From positions 4,888 through 68,887 of the forward strand of contig JBARSI010000155.1 of NCBI GenBank assembly GCA_049644665.1: a DNA stretch of 64,000 nucleotides, given 5' to 3'. Below the pieces are notes generated by a model, which did not search any database, had not been told where the DNA came from, and saw only the letters and a list, made by a program, of their open reading frames with translations. Below, in pieces: positions 18,952 to 29,206 of the stretch. The DNA comes from Anaerolineales bacterium. Lineage in GTDB: Bacteria > Chloroflexota > Anaerolineae > Anaerolineales > E44-bin32. The translations under genes and the position numbers were made by a program. Positions within the stretch are counted from its first letter, which is position 1, and each line of letters begins with the position of its first letter.

Positions 18952-20550
18952 TTAAGACCATGGCCAGCCCTTCCCAGGGTTTAGAATGCCCTGGGGGTCG
19001 AGAGCCTTGCGTGCCCCTTCTAGAAGGCTCAGCCCGGCCGCCCCCTTCTCGTCCTTCATGTAGTTGAGATGATCCATACCTACGCCATGCTGATGGCTGA
19101 TGGTCCCGCCATTGGCAAGGATCTTGACGGATGCAGCGTGTTTGGCCATGCGCCATATTTGCAGAGTCTGCTCAAGCTGCACAGCGATAGGGAATACGTA
19201 GGTGATGTATAGGCTTGCGCCATCGGTGTAGATATGCGAGAGGTGAGAGAAAACGAGAACGCGGGAACCTTCAGATTGAAAAGCCTGTTCAATCGATTGG
19301 ATGACTTCAGTGCGTGCTGCACCAACCCCCCTCCAGGGAAGTGCGGTTTCCAGCGTGTCCAGGGCATAGCCCATATCCCAGAGCGTATTTCGTAGATAAG
19401 GGGTATAGAAACGCGATTTCTCCCACTGGCGACCGATCATTGTTCCGACGGGAAGACCGCCGAAGCGCCGCAGGATCGCGCCGACATCCTGCCGGGCGTT
19501 GGATACGAAGCCATGATTGCCGGTGATGCCGTAAATCAACAACGAGCGGCCAGCGCCGTGCCCAAGAAGACGAAGGCCGTAATCCGCGAAGGTGATGAGC
19601 TTTTCCCTCCCGGCCAGAGCAAGCGTGGTTTCTGTCTCGAGCGGATCGCTCAAACGAGCCATGGAGATTGGTGCATTTGCCTGGGCCAGAGAGCGCGTAG
19701 CCGCCACCCCGCTTTCCCAATCACGGAAAAACGCGCCGAAGAACATCTCCTGATCAGGGAGAGGACTCACCCGGACCTCGGCCTGGGTAATCACACCTAG
19801 ACGCCCTTCCGACCCGAGCACGAGCTGGCGCAGGTCAGGACCAGCCGCGCTGGCCGGCAGCGAGCGTAATTGTATGCTGCCCACCGGAGTCTCCATGGTC
19901 CCGCCGGCGAACAAATCCTCGATTCGGCCGTAGCGGTAGGATTGCTGACCGCTTGAGCGCGTGGCAATCCAGCCGCCGAGCGTCGACAGTTCCCAGGATT
20001 GTGGGAAGTGACCCAGTGTGTAGCCATGGGGCTTGAGCTGCGCCTCGATTTCAGGACCGGTTACGCCTGCAGCGAACATGGCTAGGCGGCTTTCAACATC
20101 CAGGTTTAGCAGCTTGTTCATACACCTCATGTCGACGGTGAGAGAAGGGATATCTCCCGGCAGGGGGTTAATGTGGCCGACGACGCTGGTGCCGCCGCCA
20201 TAGGGTATCAGTGCGCAGCCAATTTCCTGGGCGAAACCAAGGAGTTCCCCGATCTCATCGCTGGTCTCCGGTGTGGCGACACCGTCCGGAAAAGTTTCGA
20301 TATTTCCAGATCGTAATGCAATCCAATCAGGCAGGCTCTGTCCCCGAGCGTGAAGCAAACGGGCCATAGAGTCAGTGGAAATGAGAGGGTGGTCTGGAAG
20401 TCGAGAGGGCGGCACAGCGGCGATGGATGTCTGAAAATCTGCGTCTGGGATATGCGCGCCGGCGCCGAGGAGTCCCTCGAGATACGTACGAGCCGCAAGC
20501 GGTAAATGGTACGTTCTTTTCGTTTCTCCCCAGCCGTTCCAGCGTTGCAT
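18952..20550 (-). CDS. FAD-linked oxidase, alkyl-DHAP synthase (AGPS)-like
   Basis: N-terminal RWNGWG motif as in AGPS. GGGTSVVGH marks a PCMH-type FAD domain. Confidence 0.7.
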   Translation of the reverse strand: MQRWNGWGETKRTYHLPLAARTYLEGLLGAGAHIPDADFQTSIAAVPPSRLPDHPLISTDSMARLLHARGQSLPDWIALRSGNIETFPDGVATPETSDEIGELLGFAQEIGCALIPYGGGTSVVGHINPLPGDIPSLTVDMRCMNKLLNLDVESRLAMFAAGVTGPEIEAQLKPHGYTLGHFPQSWELSTLGGWIATRSSGQQSYRYGRIEDLFAGGTMETPVGSIQLRSLPASAAGPDLRQLVLGSEGRLGVITQAEVRVSPLPDQEMFFGAFFRDWESGVAATRSLAQANAPISMARLSDPLETETTLALAGREKLITFADYGLRLLGHGAGRSLLIYGITGNHGFVSNARQDVGAILRRFGGLPVGTMIGRQWEKSRFYTPYLRNTLWDMGYALDTLETALPWRGVGAARTEVIQSIEQAFQSEGSRVLVFSHLSHIYTDGASLYITYVFPIAVQLEQTLQIWRMAKHAASVKILANGGTISHQHGVGMDHLNYMKDEKGAAGLSLLEGARKALDPQGILNPGKGWPWS

Positions 20551-20664
20551 TGTATCCCCTCTAGGCGTCCGCGACAGAAAGGCAGTGCTTGGTTTCCTTT
20601 GCTGTGCGGTGTGCGTAATCAGGCAAGATTGTATGTGTATTATGCATCAGGATGGATTAGATAT

Positions 20665-21960
20665 CTACCGATCGCCAAGCGCAGCAGACTGAAGAAGAAA
20701 AGCGATGACAGCTGTGCCCAGGGACATGGCGGCGCACAAGTGAAAGATCGTTGCCAGGGGCAGCGAGCCCATGAGCCAGAAGGCTGTCAGGGGACCTAAA
20801 GCGCTGCCTAGATCTCCGAATGTAAATATCATGCTTATGGTTCGCCCAGCCATGTTTGGGGGGACGCGATCGCCGACGAAAGCTGTCGTCATCGCCTGGA
20901 CGATACTGCCTGCTGGAGAGGAGAGTAGAACTCCCAGGAGAGCGACGGGAAAGACAGCGGATCCCATGAACCACAGGCCAATGGCGCCGATGATCAAGGC
21001 TATCCCGATAACAGTCCAGCGTTGACCAATGCGGTCAGAAAAGAACCCAGCGAGCGGAGCGCCCAGCACACTGACGGCGGTCCGCGAGGCGACGAGTGTT
21101 CCCGTGAGTGTTGCAATCGGAATAATAAAACCAAGAACGGAGGCACTCTCCCCCACGAATTGGGAGAGCCAAATAATTGAAGTAGCGGCGATTACACCGG
21201 CGAAGATGAAGCGCATGGTGAAGATGGGAACCGAGGAAATGAGAGCGACACGCCAATGATAACGGGTGCCTTGACGCTGACTCTCATGAGGATTTTCAAT
21301 GGCTGGTGGGACCGTTTCGGGCAGAAAGAAGAACCACATCAAGGCAGCTGCGGCGGTAAGGGCGGCACTGAGCCACAGACCGCCGCGGTAACCGAGCAGG
21401 TCGGTGAACAAACCACCCAACAAGGCAGAAATGCCTATCCCCAGGAAAAACCACATCTGATAGCGTCCACTCAAGTGGCCACGATTATCGCCTCCGGCCA
21501 GGTCAAGGACGATAGCTTGCCCTCCAATCCAAAGACCCGACCAGGCAGCGCCCCACAACACTCGCCCCAGGAGCATCACCCAGAATCCCTCACCTGCGGC
21601 GTAGACCAGAGTCGATAGAGCGCCGACGGCAAGAGACCCAATCATCAACGTTCTTCTAGGAAAACGATCGATCAGCCTACCGACCGGCGTGTTGAAGATG
21701 ATGCGTACGAGCCGGTTCACCCCCAGCAAGATGCCCACCTGGGCAACAGGCACTGCTGCCTGGAGGGCAAATCTCGGATCTGGGAGCACGGTGTAGAGCG
21801 TGCTATCACCCAACAGCGAGACTGCCGTTCCGATACCGAGGACGGTAAGCACCCGGCGAGGAGAGAGACTAAGTGTTGATTTTCTACTTCGAGTGATGTT
21901 TCGCATCGGGGTTTTCATGAAACATGGGGGAATGCTACAGAGCGGTTGGTGTGCTGTCAA
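20665..21960 (-). CDS. MFS transporter
   Basis: About 12 predicted helices and a GRLIDRFPRR-type loop motif. The true start may be one of the internal Met codons at 21918 or 21906. Confidence 0.75.
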   Translation of the reverse strand: MTAHQPLCSIPPCFMKTPMRNITRSRKSTLSLSPRRVLTVLGIGTAVSLLGDSTLYTVLPDPRFALQAAVPVAQVGILLGVNRLVRIIFNTPVGRLIDRFPRRTLMIGSLAVGALSTLVYAAGEGFWVMLLGRVLWGAAWSGLWIGGQAIVLDLAGGDNRGHLSGRYQMWFFLGIGISALLGGLFTDLLGYRGGLWLSAALTAAAALMWFFFLPETVPPAIENPHESQRQGTRYHWRVALISSVPIFTMRFIFAGVIAATSIIWLSQFVGESASVLGFIIPIATLTGTLVASRTAVSVLGAPLAGFFSDRIGQRWTVIGIALIIGAIGLWFMGSAVFPVALLGVLLSSPAGSIVQAMTTAFVGDRVPPNMAGRTISMIFTFGDLGSALGPLTAFWLMGSLPLATIFHLCAAMSLGTAVIAFLLQSAALGDR

Positions 21961-22148
21961 GTATGGAAAGTTGGTGAGGGTTTAGCCAAAGATGATTTAT
22001 CGGCCTTCCTGTCACCTCGACCTTAGGCTGGAGAGGAGGCAGAAGACCGGTAAGAAACAAAAAAACCAATCCATCTAATAGAAAACAACGGGGGTCCACA
22101 GTACGTTGTGAGCCAACGTCTGGATTAGTGATAAGGATTCGACTGCGA

Positions 22149-23393
22149 ATGAAAAGAATAAGAAAGTTGAGACCTATGCTCTTTATTGGATTTCTCTCCA
22201 TTGTCGCCGCTGCGTGTGCGCCATTGACTGCACAGGCCCCGGTGGGGAGTGCATCGCCGGAGGATACTACCGATGAGGTGCTAGAAGCCACAGTTTCCCC
22301 AACGCACATAAAAAACGTAGAGGGCTGTGGTGATCCATTTAAGGGAGTCGAAATCTCCTTCCGTCAGACATTCTGGCTCGAACGGACCAATTTCTGTGAG
22401 CACAGCGTCGATTTAAGCGAAATTTTCACTGGCAACCCTGTCCCCGACGCGATTCCAGCGATCGACAATCCCGTTTTCGAAAACGTCGAAGAGGCGGATG
22501 CGTGGTTGGGAGAAGATTGGCCGGTGATGTTATTTGAGCTCGACGGCGACGTGCGGGCTTACACGCTGGCGATCTTGATTTGGCACGAGATCGTCAACGA
22601 TGCGGTCGCTGGCGAACCGGTGGCCGTAACCTTCTGTCCTCTGTGCAATGCGACAATCGCTTTCAGGCGCACCTTAGATGATGGGCAGGTGCTGGATTTC
22701 GGGACTAGTGGAAACCTGCGCAATTCGGACCTGGTCATGTACGATCGGCAGACGTTCTCCTGGTGGCAGCAGTTCACAGGAGAGGCCATCGTCGGCGATC
22801 TGACGGGCACGGCGCTCGACTTCCTCCCATCACAGATTATCTCGTGGTCTGATTTCAAGGCCTCCCATCCAAACGGTAAGGTTCTCTCACGTGACACAGG
22901 GGCCGTTCGTGACTACGGGGTGAATCCTTACGCTGGGTACGATAGTATTAACAGCAGTCCCTTCTTTCCCGTGGAGGGTGATGATGATCGCCTCCTGCCG
23001 ATGGAGCGTGTGGTTGCGATTGACCTCGACGGGGTCACGATCGCCTATCCATTCAGTCTCCTCAAGAACGAGAACGTTGTCAACGACGAGGTTGCGGGAA
23101 GCTCAATCGTCGTGCTCTGGCAGGCGGGAACGATTTCTGCCTTTGGCAACAACGGACCAGACACTGGTTCAACCGGTGTGTTCAACCGCGATGTCGAGGG
23201 GCAGACTCTAACCTTCGTCGCAAAGACAGGCGGGTTTGAAGACCAGGAGACGGGCACGCACTGGAATCAGCTTGGTCATGCTGTCGCTGGACCCCTGGAG
23301 GGTGCCCAGATTGATCGAATCGTCTCTGGTGAACACTTCTGGTTTTCCTGGGCGGCATTTAAGCCGGACACTGTGGTGTGGTCGTTCCCATAA
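22149..23393 (+). CDS. DUF3179-family secreted lipoprotein
   Basis: Signal/lipobox (IVAAACAP). The DAIPAIDNPVF motif is characteristic of DUF3179. Confidence 0.7.
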   Translation: MKRIRKLRPMLFIGFLSIVAAACAPLTAQAPVGSASPEDTTDEVLEATVSPTHIKNVEGCGDPFKGVEISFRQTFWLERTNFCEHSVDLSEIFTGNPVPDAIPAIDNPVFENVEEADAWLGEDWPVMLFELDGDVRAYTLAILIWHEIVNDAVAGEPVAVTFCPLCNATIAFRRTLDDGQVLDFGTSGNLRNSDLVMYDRQTFSWWQQFTGEAIVGDLTGTALDFLPSQIISWSDFKASHPNGKVLSRDTGAVRDYGVNPYAGYDSINSSPFFPVEGDDDRLLPMERVVAIDLDGVTIAYPFSLLKNENVVNDEVAGSSIVVLWQAGTISAFGNNGPDTGSTGVFNRDVEGQTLTFVAKTGGFEDQETGTHWNQLGHAVAGPLEGAQIDRIVSGEHFWFSWAAFKPDTVVWSFP

Positions 23394-23442
23394 ATTCTAG
23401 TGTTTCCAGCCACGCAACATGGACAACAGCGCCATTAAATAA

Positions 23443-23478
23443 AACCTGCGGGAGGTTGATTTATACCTCCCGCAGGTT
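23443..23478. terminator. Bidirectional intrinsic terminator between convergent genes
   Basis: Perfect 14-bp inverted repeat aacctgcgggaggt / acctcccgcaggtt with an 8-nt loop. An A-run lies on one side and a T-run on the other. Confidence 0.75.
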
Positions 23479-23499
23479 ACTTTTCACTACGGAGGGGAA

Positions 23500-25191
23500 T
23501 TACTTGGTCTTTTTGTACGTAGCGCGCAATTCAGAACGAACACAGTTCCAATCGCCGCCGCAGGCATTATTGAATATACCCTTGACGATGCTTATATCCA
23601 CCCCGTATTGGGCGGCCAGGCGCTCGGCGGTGCGATGGTCCTTATCACTGGTGCCTTCTACCTGGGTTTGATCCATCTCCCTTAATATCTTCCTTACGCA
23701 ACCCCAATTTCCTTCGCAATCAATGAATAGGGCGTTCATATCCCCCGTGTACTCATATTGTTCGGCCAATCGGGCCGCGGTCTTTTCGTTCAGCTCTTCC
23801 TTTCGAGCGGCACGCTCCTCTTCACGAGCGAGTTTCTCTTCGTCACGCAGAAGTTCGCGGTACTCCTGAACGCCCATAGTCAGGATGTTCTCAGCGGTCA
23901 TGCCTTTATCAGCCATGCGGTAAGCCTGGGAGATCTCTCCCCAGCTGTGATCGAAGGACTTTGCCGCTACTATAGCGTCGAGTTCAGCACCGGTGCGCTC
24001 AGCGATCTTGGCCATATGGCGAAGCTCTGAAAGGCTGGTGCCACCATCCAGGTACACGTCCAATGCCGCGGGGTCCATCTCCAGGTCCTGGGCCAGCTTG
24101 TAGAATTGACCCAGTTCGCCGGCTTTGGCGCCCTCGCTCAGGCGTAATAGCGCATCGCTGAGATCCGCTTCATAGCGAACGGCAGCGCGGGCTGCGGTGC
24201 GGATTTCACCCACGGTATTGTCGCCGTTCACGACGAGGTCAAAGAGATCGCGAATGCCGTATTCATCCAACGCATCAGCGAAGCGATTAAGCTGGGTTAT
24301 TGCGCCCCAACTGGAGCCGTCCAGCTTCCAATCGCGGATCTCCTCCCAGGTAAGATCTGGAATCGTCTGAGTAAGTTGATAGGCGTGCCACAAACGGCCG
24401 AAACCGGTATGGTTGCCTGTCAACGCACCTTCGAAGATGTTGAATATATCCTCGCATGTATAGGTAAACTCGGCTCTATCACTGAGGAAGATTATACTGA
24501 CGGCTTCGGCGATCTTTTGCGCAGTGGGATGGCATGCGTCCTGGGGGTCGGCCTCCGGATCTACAACAACGACGGTGAGGGTATCCGTGTGAGAGAGCCC
24601 GCATGTGCCGCTATCGGTGACCGTTACGGCGGCTTTGTAATTACCTCCCGCGGTGTATTTGTATGGAGCAGTGTCGCCGGTCAACCCTGTATCCGGTAAA
24701 TCGTCCTCATCGAGGTCCCAGGAGTAGAAGTAGGGTTCTACCCCACCAGTGACCGAAGTTATGAATTTGATTGACGCCTCTCCCCCGTCGATAGTCAGGA
24801 GCGGTGGGGAGGGCATGCTGTCCAGGGTAACGATGGGTCCGTCTATGGTAACGATGCCTGTTGTTTCTTTCTCAACATCATTGTCGTCGGTGATTGTGAG
24901 ATTCCACTCGAAATCGCCTCCGTGGGGATAGAAGTGAGGCTCAGGCAGTTCGAACAGCCCGGCGGACGGCACGGTAATCGTGTAAATCTCCGTATCACCG
25001 AAATTCAACTCGATAGTGTATGGTCCGGAGCCACCGGAGAAGGCGACAGAGAACGTCAACTGATCGCAGTTCACGCTTGTCGTCACCTCGTCAATGGATA
25101 GCACAAGCACATCCTGAGCGAAGGTGGAAACTGGCGCACCCAGCAGGAGTACTAGAATAATTGCCGCTTGAAAGATTTTTTTACCTGTCAT
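23500..25191 (-). CDS. Secreted protein with PKD-like Ig domains and a helical C-terminal region carrying a duplicated C-x-G-[ND]-W-x-C-V-R motif
   Basis: Start at Met28 of the track ORF, with AAGGAG 7 nt upstream and signal peptide MTGKKIFQAAIILVLLLGAPVSTFA. PKD-like strings are present (GGSGPYTIELNFGD, VTVTDSGTCGLSHTDTLTV). Confidence 0.7.
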   Translation of the reverse strand: MTGKKIFQAAIILVLLLGAPVSTFAQDVLVLSIDEVTTSVNCDQLTFSVAFSGGSGPYTIELNFGDTEIYTITVPSAGLFELPEPHFYPHGGDFEWNLTITDDNDVEKETTGIVTIDGPIVTLDSMPSPPLLTIDGGEASIKFITSVTGGVEPYFYSWDLDEDDLPDTGLTGDTAPYKYTAGGNYKAAVTVTDSGTCGLSHTDTLTVVVVDPEADPQDACHPTAQKIAEAVSIIFLSDRAEFTYTCEDIFNIFEGALTGNHTGFGRLWHAYQLTQTIPDLTWEEIRDWKLDGSSWGAITQLNRFADALDEYGIRDLFDLVVNGDNTVGEIRTAARAAVRYEADLSDALLRLSEGAKAGELGQFYKLAQDLEMDPAALDVYLDGGTSLSELRHMAKIAERTGAELDAIVAAKSFDHSWGEISQAYRMADKGMTAENILTMGVQEYRELLRDEEKLAREEERAARKEELNEKTAARLAEQYEYTGDMNALFIDCEGNWGCVRKILREMDQTQVEGTSDKDHRTAERLAAQYGVDISIVKGIFNNACGGDWNCVRSELRATYKKTK

Positions 25192-25536
25192 ATCTGCAAT
25201 CTCCTTCGCTATCAGCATATATCGCTGTTGATCTTCTAAAGGGAAGAACATTAATAGCCGCTGGCCTCTCACCAGATACTGTTCCTATAATGGATAACGG
25301 ATTATTACACTTGATGTTACAGGGGCGTGGTGGTACTCAGGTACATGTAAAAACGCGCATTCCCGGCAAGCTCAACGTTTCCAGGATGATGCGGAGGCTT
25401 CGGCGTGGAAAGGTGTGATGAATCTGCACCTCATTTCCTTTGCTGCTATTGCGGATAAAAGGGCCATCGCCAAACAAGATGATGAAAAGTCGCACAAGAG
25501 AGCCAATTTATGACGGATCGGAGAAAATAGAATGCA

Positions 25537-26022
25537 TCACCCAGCAAGCAGTGTCCCCAGTAATCCAACCAGGAGAGGGGTTGACAAGCCGAGACCTAGT
25601 CGGATCACGGTGAAGCGCCAGCCAAGGAACGGGAGCTCAAAGGAGATAGAGAGCAAGGCGAGAGTGGCCCAGGATGTGATCATCGCCAGCGTCGGCCCCA
25701 GACCGGCACCAGATTTGAAAAGAATGGCGATGAGAGGAAAGACCACATACGGTCCGCCGGGGAGGAGCATGCCGGCGGCTGTCCCGATCAGCACGCCTCG
25801 CAACCCAGTTCCGGGACCCATCCAATTTTGGACAAGGGACTGAGGTTCGAGGGCGTTGACATAACCGACGATGATGAAGGCGATTATCAACAGCGGCAAT
25901 GTGCGCTTCAACGTTTTCCATCCGCCCACAGCGCCTTTAACGTGGCTTCCGTCTTGGCGGCGCCAGGCGATAATCAGAAGGCCAAGAGCGATCAAGATTA
26001 GGATGACGGTGGACTCGATCAT
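25537..26022 (-). CDS. Membrane permease subunit (half-transporter, paralogue of the upstream ORF)
   Basis: 161 aa with 4-5 helices. LPGGPYVVFPLIAILFKSGAGLG parallels IPGGPYVYYPIAGSLLQSGAGLG in 26019..26555. Confidence 0.6.
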   Translation of the reverse strand: MIESTVILILIALGLLIIAWRRQDGSHVKGAVGGWKTLKRTLPLLIIAFIIVGYVNALEPQSLVQNWMGPGTGLRGVLIGTAAGMLLPGGPYVVFPLIAILFKSGAGLGPTLAMITSWATLALLSISFELPFLGWRFTVIRLGLGLSTPLLVGLLGTLLAG

Positions 26023-26555
26023 TGCACGGCCTCGCGGATGCGCTCAATTGTATTCCCGAACAGGGTTTCGGTGAGGTAGCCGAGCAGTGGGGGGAAGATT
26101 AACGTCAGGGCGTAACGCACGAGCGTCAAGCGGGGTCCAAGCAATGCGAACTCGTAGGGAAGCCGCGATACAGACCAAAGATTCTTGGCGGTGACGAAGG
26201 CCACCAGCACGCCCAATCCCGCGCCGGATTGCAGCAGACTGCCGGCGATCGGGTAGTACACATAGGGTCCGCCGGGGATCAATGCGCCCCCGATGCAGCC
26301 AAGCAAGATGCCGCGCCAGCCTGCACTGGTCGCGAGCCAGCGCTCCACTAACTCCTTTGAGATAAGAACATTAGTTAAACCAGCCGTAAGAAAAGCGGCG
26401 ATCAGCATCGGTGTGACAGAAACGAGGGTTCGCAGACCAAGCCTCAATCCCTCCAGCGCAAGGTCCTGCCCACCCCTCAACCAGGCGACGCCTGCTAGGG
26501 CGAGCGCCACACCAGAAAGGGAAACCATTGTCCAATCAATCTTGAGCTTTTTCAT
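26019..26555 (-). CDS. Membrane permease subunit (half-transporter)
   Basis: 178 aa. ATGA overlap with the downstream paralogue. The 'two-component permease' family call is from memory only. Confidence 0.6.
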   Translation of the reverse strand: MKKLKIDWTMVSLSGVALALAGVAWLRGGQDLALEGLRLGLRTLVSVTPMLIAAFLTAGLTNVLISKELVERWLATSAGWRGILLGCIGGALIPGGPYVYYPIAGSLLQSGAGLGVLVAFVTAKNLWSVSRLPYEFALLGPRLTLVRYALTLIFPPLLGYLTETLFGNTIERIREAVQ

Positions 26556-26689
26556 AGAATAGTGGTGGGATTGTCTATTGAGAGGGCAAGAAGAGCAAAT
26601 GGAAAGGAGACTGGTTTGGGCACGAGCAATCCGATAATTATTATCCGCTCATCCACACTCTTAAATTAATCACCCCGCAGGGAAATTGA

Positions 26690-27826
26690 TCAGGCGTAGA
26701 GTGTTTGCACTGCCGCAATCAGCGAATTAGCATCCGCCAGGTCGTTGTAGCCCTGGAAGGAAAAACGCAAGAATGAGCGATTCTGCCATTGATGGACGGG
26801 TACCTCGATGCTGTACTCCTCAAGCAGGCGGCGCTGGATATCGTGATTGGGTTCTGGCAGCTCAACCGCAGCCATCTGCAAGGCCCATTCCTGTGATTCA
26901 GTCAACTTGGTAGTTCCAAATATATCAAGTAGACGATTCCTCGTATCCTCAGCCAGTTCGATGCAGTGACGGCGGACATTATCCCATCGATGTTTGCGTT
27001 GAAACTCGATCGCAGCCGGGACTGATAGGAAAGCCGCAATATCGCGTGTGCCCTGCCATTCATGATGGTCGATGAAACGCGATGTTCCCGGTTGTTCAGC
27101 CTCCCAACCCCAACTTACAACCAGAGGCTCGAGGATGTCCTGCAATTCTGGGCGTGCGTACAGGAAGGATGCACCTTTCGGTGCGCAGAGCCATTTATGG
27201 CAGGCGCCGGTGTAGACATCGGCGCCGAGCTCTGCCAGATTGAGATGAATCTGACCTGGGGCGTGGGCGCCGTCGACAATGGTTATGATTCCCGCATCGC
27301 GCGCCCGTGCACAAAGCTCTTCTACGGGAAATTTTAAGGCCGTCGGACTGGTGATGTGGCTGATGAAAATCACCCGTGTGTGTTCGTTTACTCTGGACCA
27401 GAAATGTTCAATAAAGTCTTCGTCTTCCTGAATTGGAAGTGGGATCGCGCGCCTGATGTAGTGTGCGCCGCGACGATTGCAGATAAAGCGCCAGGTCCGG
27501 TCCACAGCGCCGTATTCGTGGTCAGTGGTGAGGATCTCGTCTCCTGTTCCAAGTTTAAGGCTGCGCGCGACCATGTTGATCGCCGTCGTGGGGTTAGGGA
27601 AATATACCAGGTCATCTGCTCCGCAACCGACGTATTCGGCTAGAGCAGTACGTGCCTCGGCCATTAATCCCGGCGCTCTTCGGTCGAGGAAATCCACCGG
27701 CTGGCGCTCGAGTTGGAGCTGCCATTCCTGATAAGCCTCGAAAACAGGTCTTGGACAAGCACCAAATGAACCGTGATTCAAGTAGATTAAAGCAGGGTCG
27801 AGGAGGAAGAGTTGACGTAAATCCAT
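26690..27826 (-). CDS. Class V PLP aminotransferase (isopenicillin-N epimerase / cysteine desulfurase-like)
   Basis: From Met81 of the track ORF: MDLRQLFLLDPALIYLNHGSFGACPRPV. Contains the typical HKW (CHKWLCAPKG) PLP-Lys motif. Confidence 0.75.
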   Translation of the reverse strand: MDLRQLFLLDPALIYLNHGSFGACPRPVFEAYQEWQLQLERQPVDFLDRRAPGLMAEARTALAEYVGCGADDLVYFPNPTTAINMVARSLKLGTGDEILTTDHEYGAVDRTWRFICNRRGAHYIRRAIPLPIQEDEDFIEHFWSRVNEHTRVIFISHITSPTALKFPVEELCARARDAGIITIVDGAHAPGQIHLNLAELGADVYTGACHKWLCAPKGASFLYARPELQDILEPLVVSWGWEAEQPGTSRFIDHHEWQGTRDIAAFLSVPAAIEFQRKHRWDNVRRHCIELAEDTRNRLLDIFGTTKLTESQEWALQMAAVELPEPNHDIQRRLLEEYSIEVPVHQWQNRSFLRFSFQGYNDLADANSLIAAVQTLYA

Positions 27827-28090
27827 ACAAGAACCCCTTTCTTTGAGTACAAACACTGTACTACTTTCGATACTTTTATGCACCCCCGGTGCCCAGGGAG
27901 TTGTTGATTCGCAGCCCAGATAATCAACGATCGCTGACCTAGCGATCTTCCATGATTCAAGATTAGATGAGAGTTTTTTATATTGAAGCAAGAGATACAG
28001 ATCGTGGTCATGTTCCTGGCGAGAATCAAAAGCAGGGAGCGTAGATTTGCACCCTACAATGCTCATCTTAGTTAAATAATACTCAGTAAC

Positions 28091-29206
28091 TCAGGGTAGG
28101 AAATTGTGCGGGTTTACCCGCCCCCAGACATCGCTGCGCATCTCGAAATGCAGGTGAGGGCCGGATGAGTTCCCTGTGATCCCCATCGTGCCGATTGTAC
28201 CGCCCTTGAAGACAGCTTGACCGCAGCCGACGTTGATCGTATCGAGGTGTGCATAAAGTGTTTGCCAGCCATTACCGTGGTCGATCACTACCACGTAGCC
28301 ATACCCATAGTTATTCCAACCCGAATAGACTACGACTCCATTATCGGAGGCGAAAATGCCGTGACCGATGGCGCCTCCAATGTCAATCGCTTCGTGGACG
28401 CCAGGAATGTAGGGATATCCCGAGAGCCATCGTGAGGAAGTAGGCCAGTCGAAAAAAGCCGTCCCAATCGGGCCGCTGGACACGGAACCGCAGAATCCCG
28501 GGCCCAAGATGCTAGCCGCGGCCGGGTTAGAGCGGGTGATGGTGACCATCTGCCAGGTCGGCGCATCGCGGCGCCCACCGGTTATGAGAATGAGCGAGCC
28601 ATCCTCGATGCCCGGATTGGCGAAGTCCACGTCGAAGCCGAGGTTGTTCCCGGGCCACTCGAGGATCGCCTCCGGTTCGGCGTGAAAAGTCCCGGCTACC
28701 TTTGAGATATTATCGCCCTCCGACCAGGAGTAAAGGACGCCATCGACGGGTGGGATATTGAGTTCCTGACCCGGCTTTAGCGTATGCGGATCTTGCTCGA
28801 GCGTGTACCAGTTCCCCCATAGGACAGACTCTGCTTTAAGACCATATTTTTCGGCGATGCCGAACAGGGTGTCGCCTTTCTGAACCAGATATTTTTGGAT
28901 GTCGAATCGTGGCCGGTCGGGGATGATCGTATGCAAATCGGCCTTAAGGTAAATACCGCTGGTCTCTCCCCCGGGATCGAAGGAAGGCAGAATTTCGGGG
29001 TCGAGAGTGCTTACGGGATCTGGGGCTGCAGTCTCGACGGATGCGGTCTCATTACCAAGAGCGGTGTCCGGGGAAAGGGTTTCGGGATCTGAACTCGTTG
29101 CGCAGCTCGCCGCAAGAATTAGGACCATGCTTGCCAGAACGATTTTGATCCGGCTGGCGATGGAGATTAAATGATCTGGGTCAAGGCAAATATCCCGCGT
29201 GCGCAT
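28091..29206 (-). CDS. LysM-domain M23 metalloendopeptidase lipoprotein
   Basis: LysM domain (YLVQKGDTLFGIAEKYGL). M23 motifs HEAIDIGG and GPHLHFEMR. Lipobox ILAASC. The start is uncertain (29206 or 29269). Confidence 0.8.
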   Translation of the reverse strand: MRTRDICLDPDHLISIASRIKIVLASMVLILAASCATSSDPETLSPDTALGNETASVETAAPDPVSTLDPEILPSFDPGGETSGIYLKADLHTIIPDRPRFDIQKYLVQKGDTLFGIAEKYGLKAESVLWGNWYTLEQDPHTLKPGQELNIPPVDGVLYSWSEGDNISKVAGTFHAEPEAILEWPGNNLGFDVDFANPGIEDGSLILITGGRRDAPTWQMVTITRSNPAAASILGPGFCGSVSSGPIGTAFFDWPTSSRWLSGYPYIPGVHEAIDIGGAIGHGIFASDNGVVVYSGWNNYGYGYVVVIDHGNGWQTLYAHLDTINVGCGQAVFKGGTIGTMGITGNSSGPHLHFEMRSDVWGRVNPHNFLP

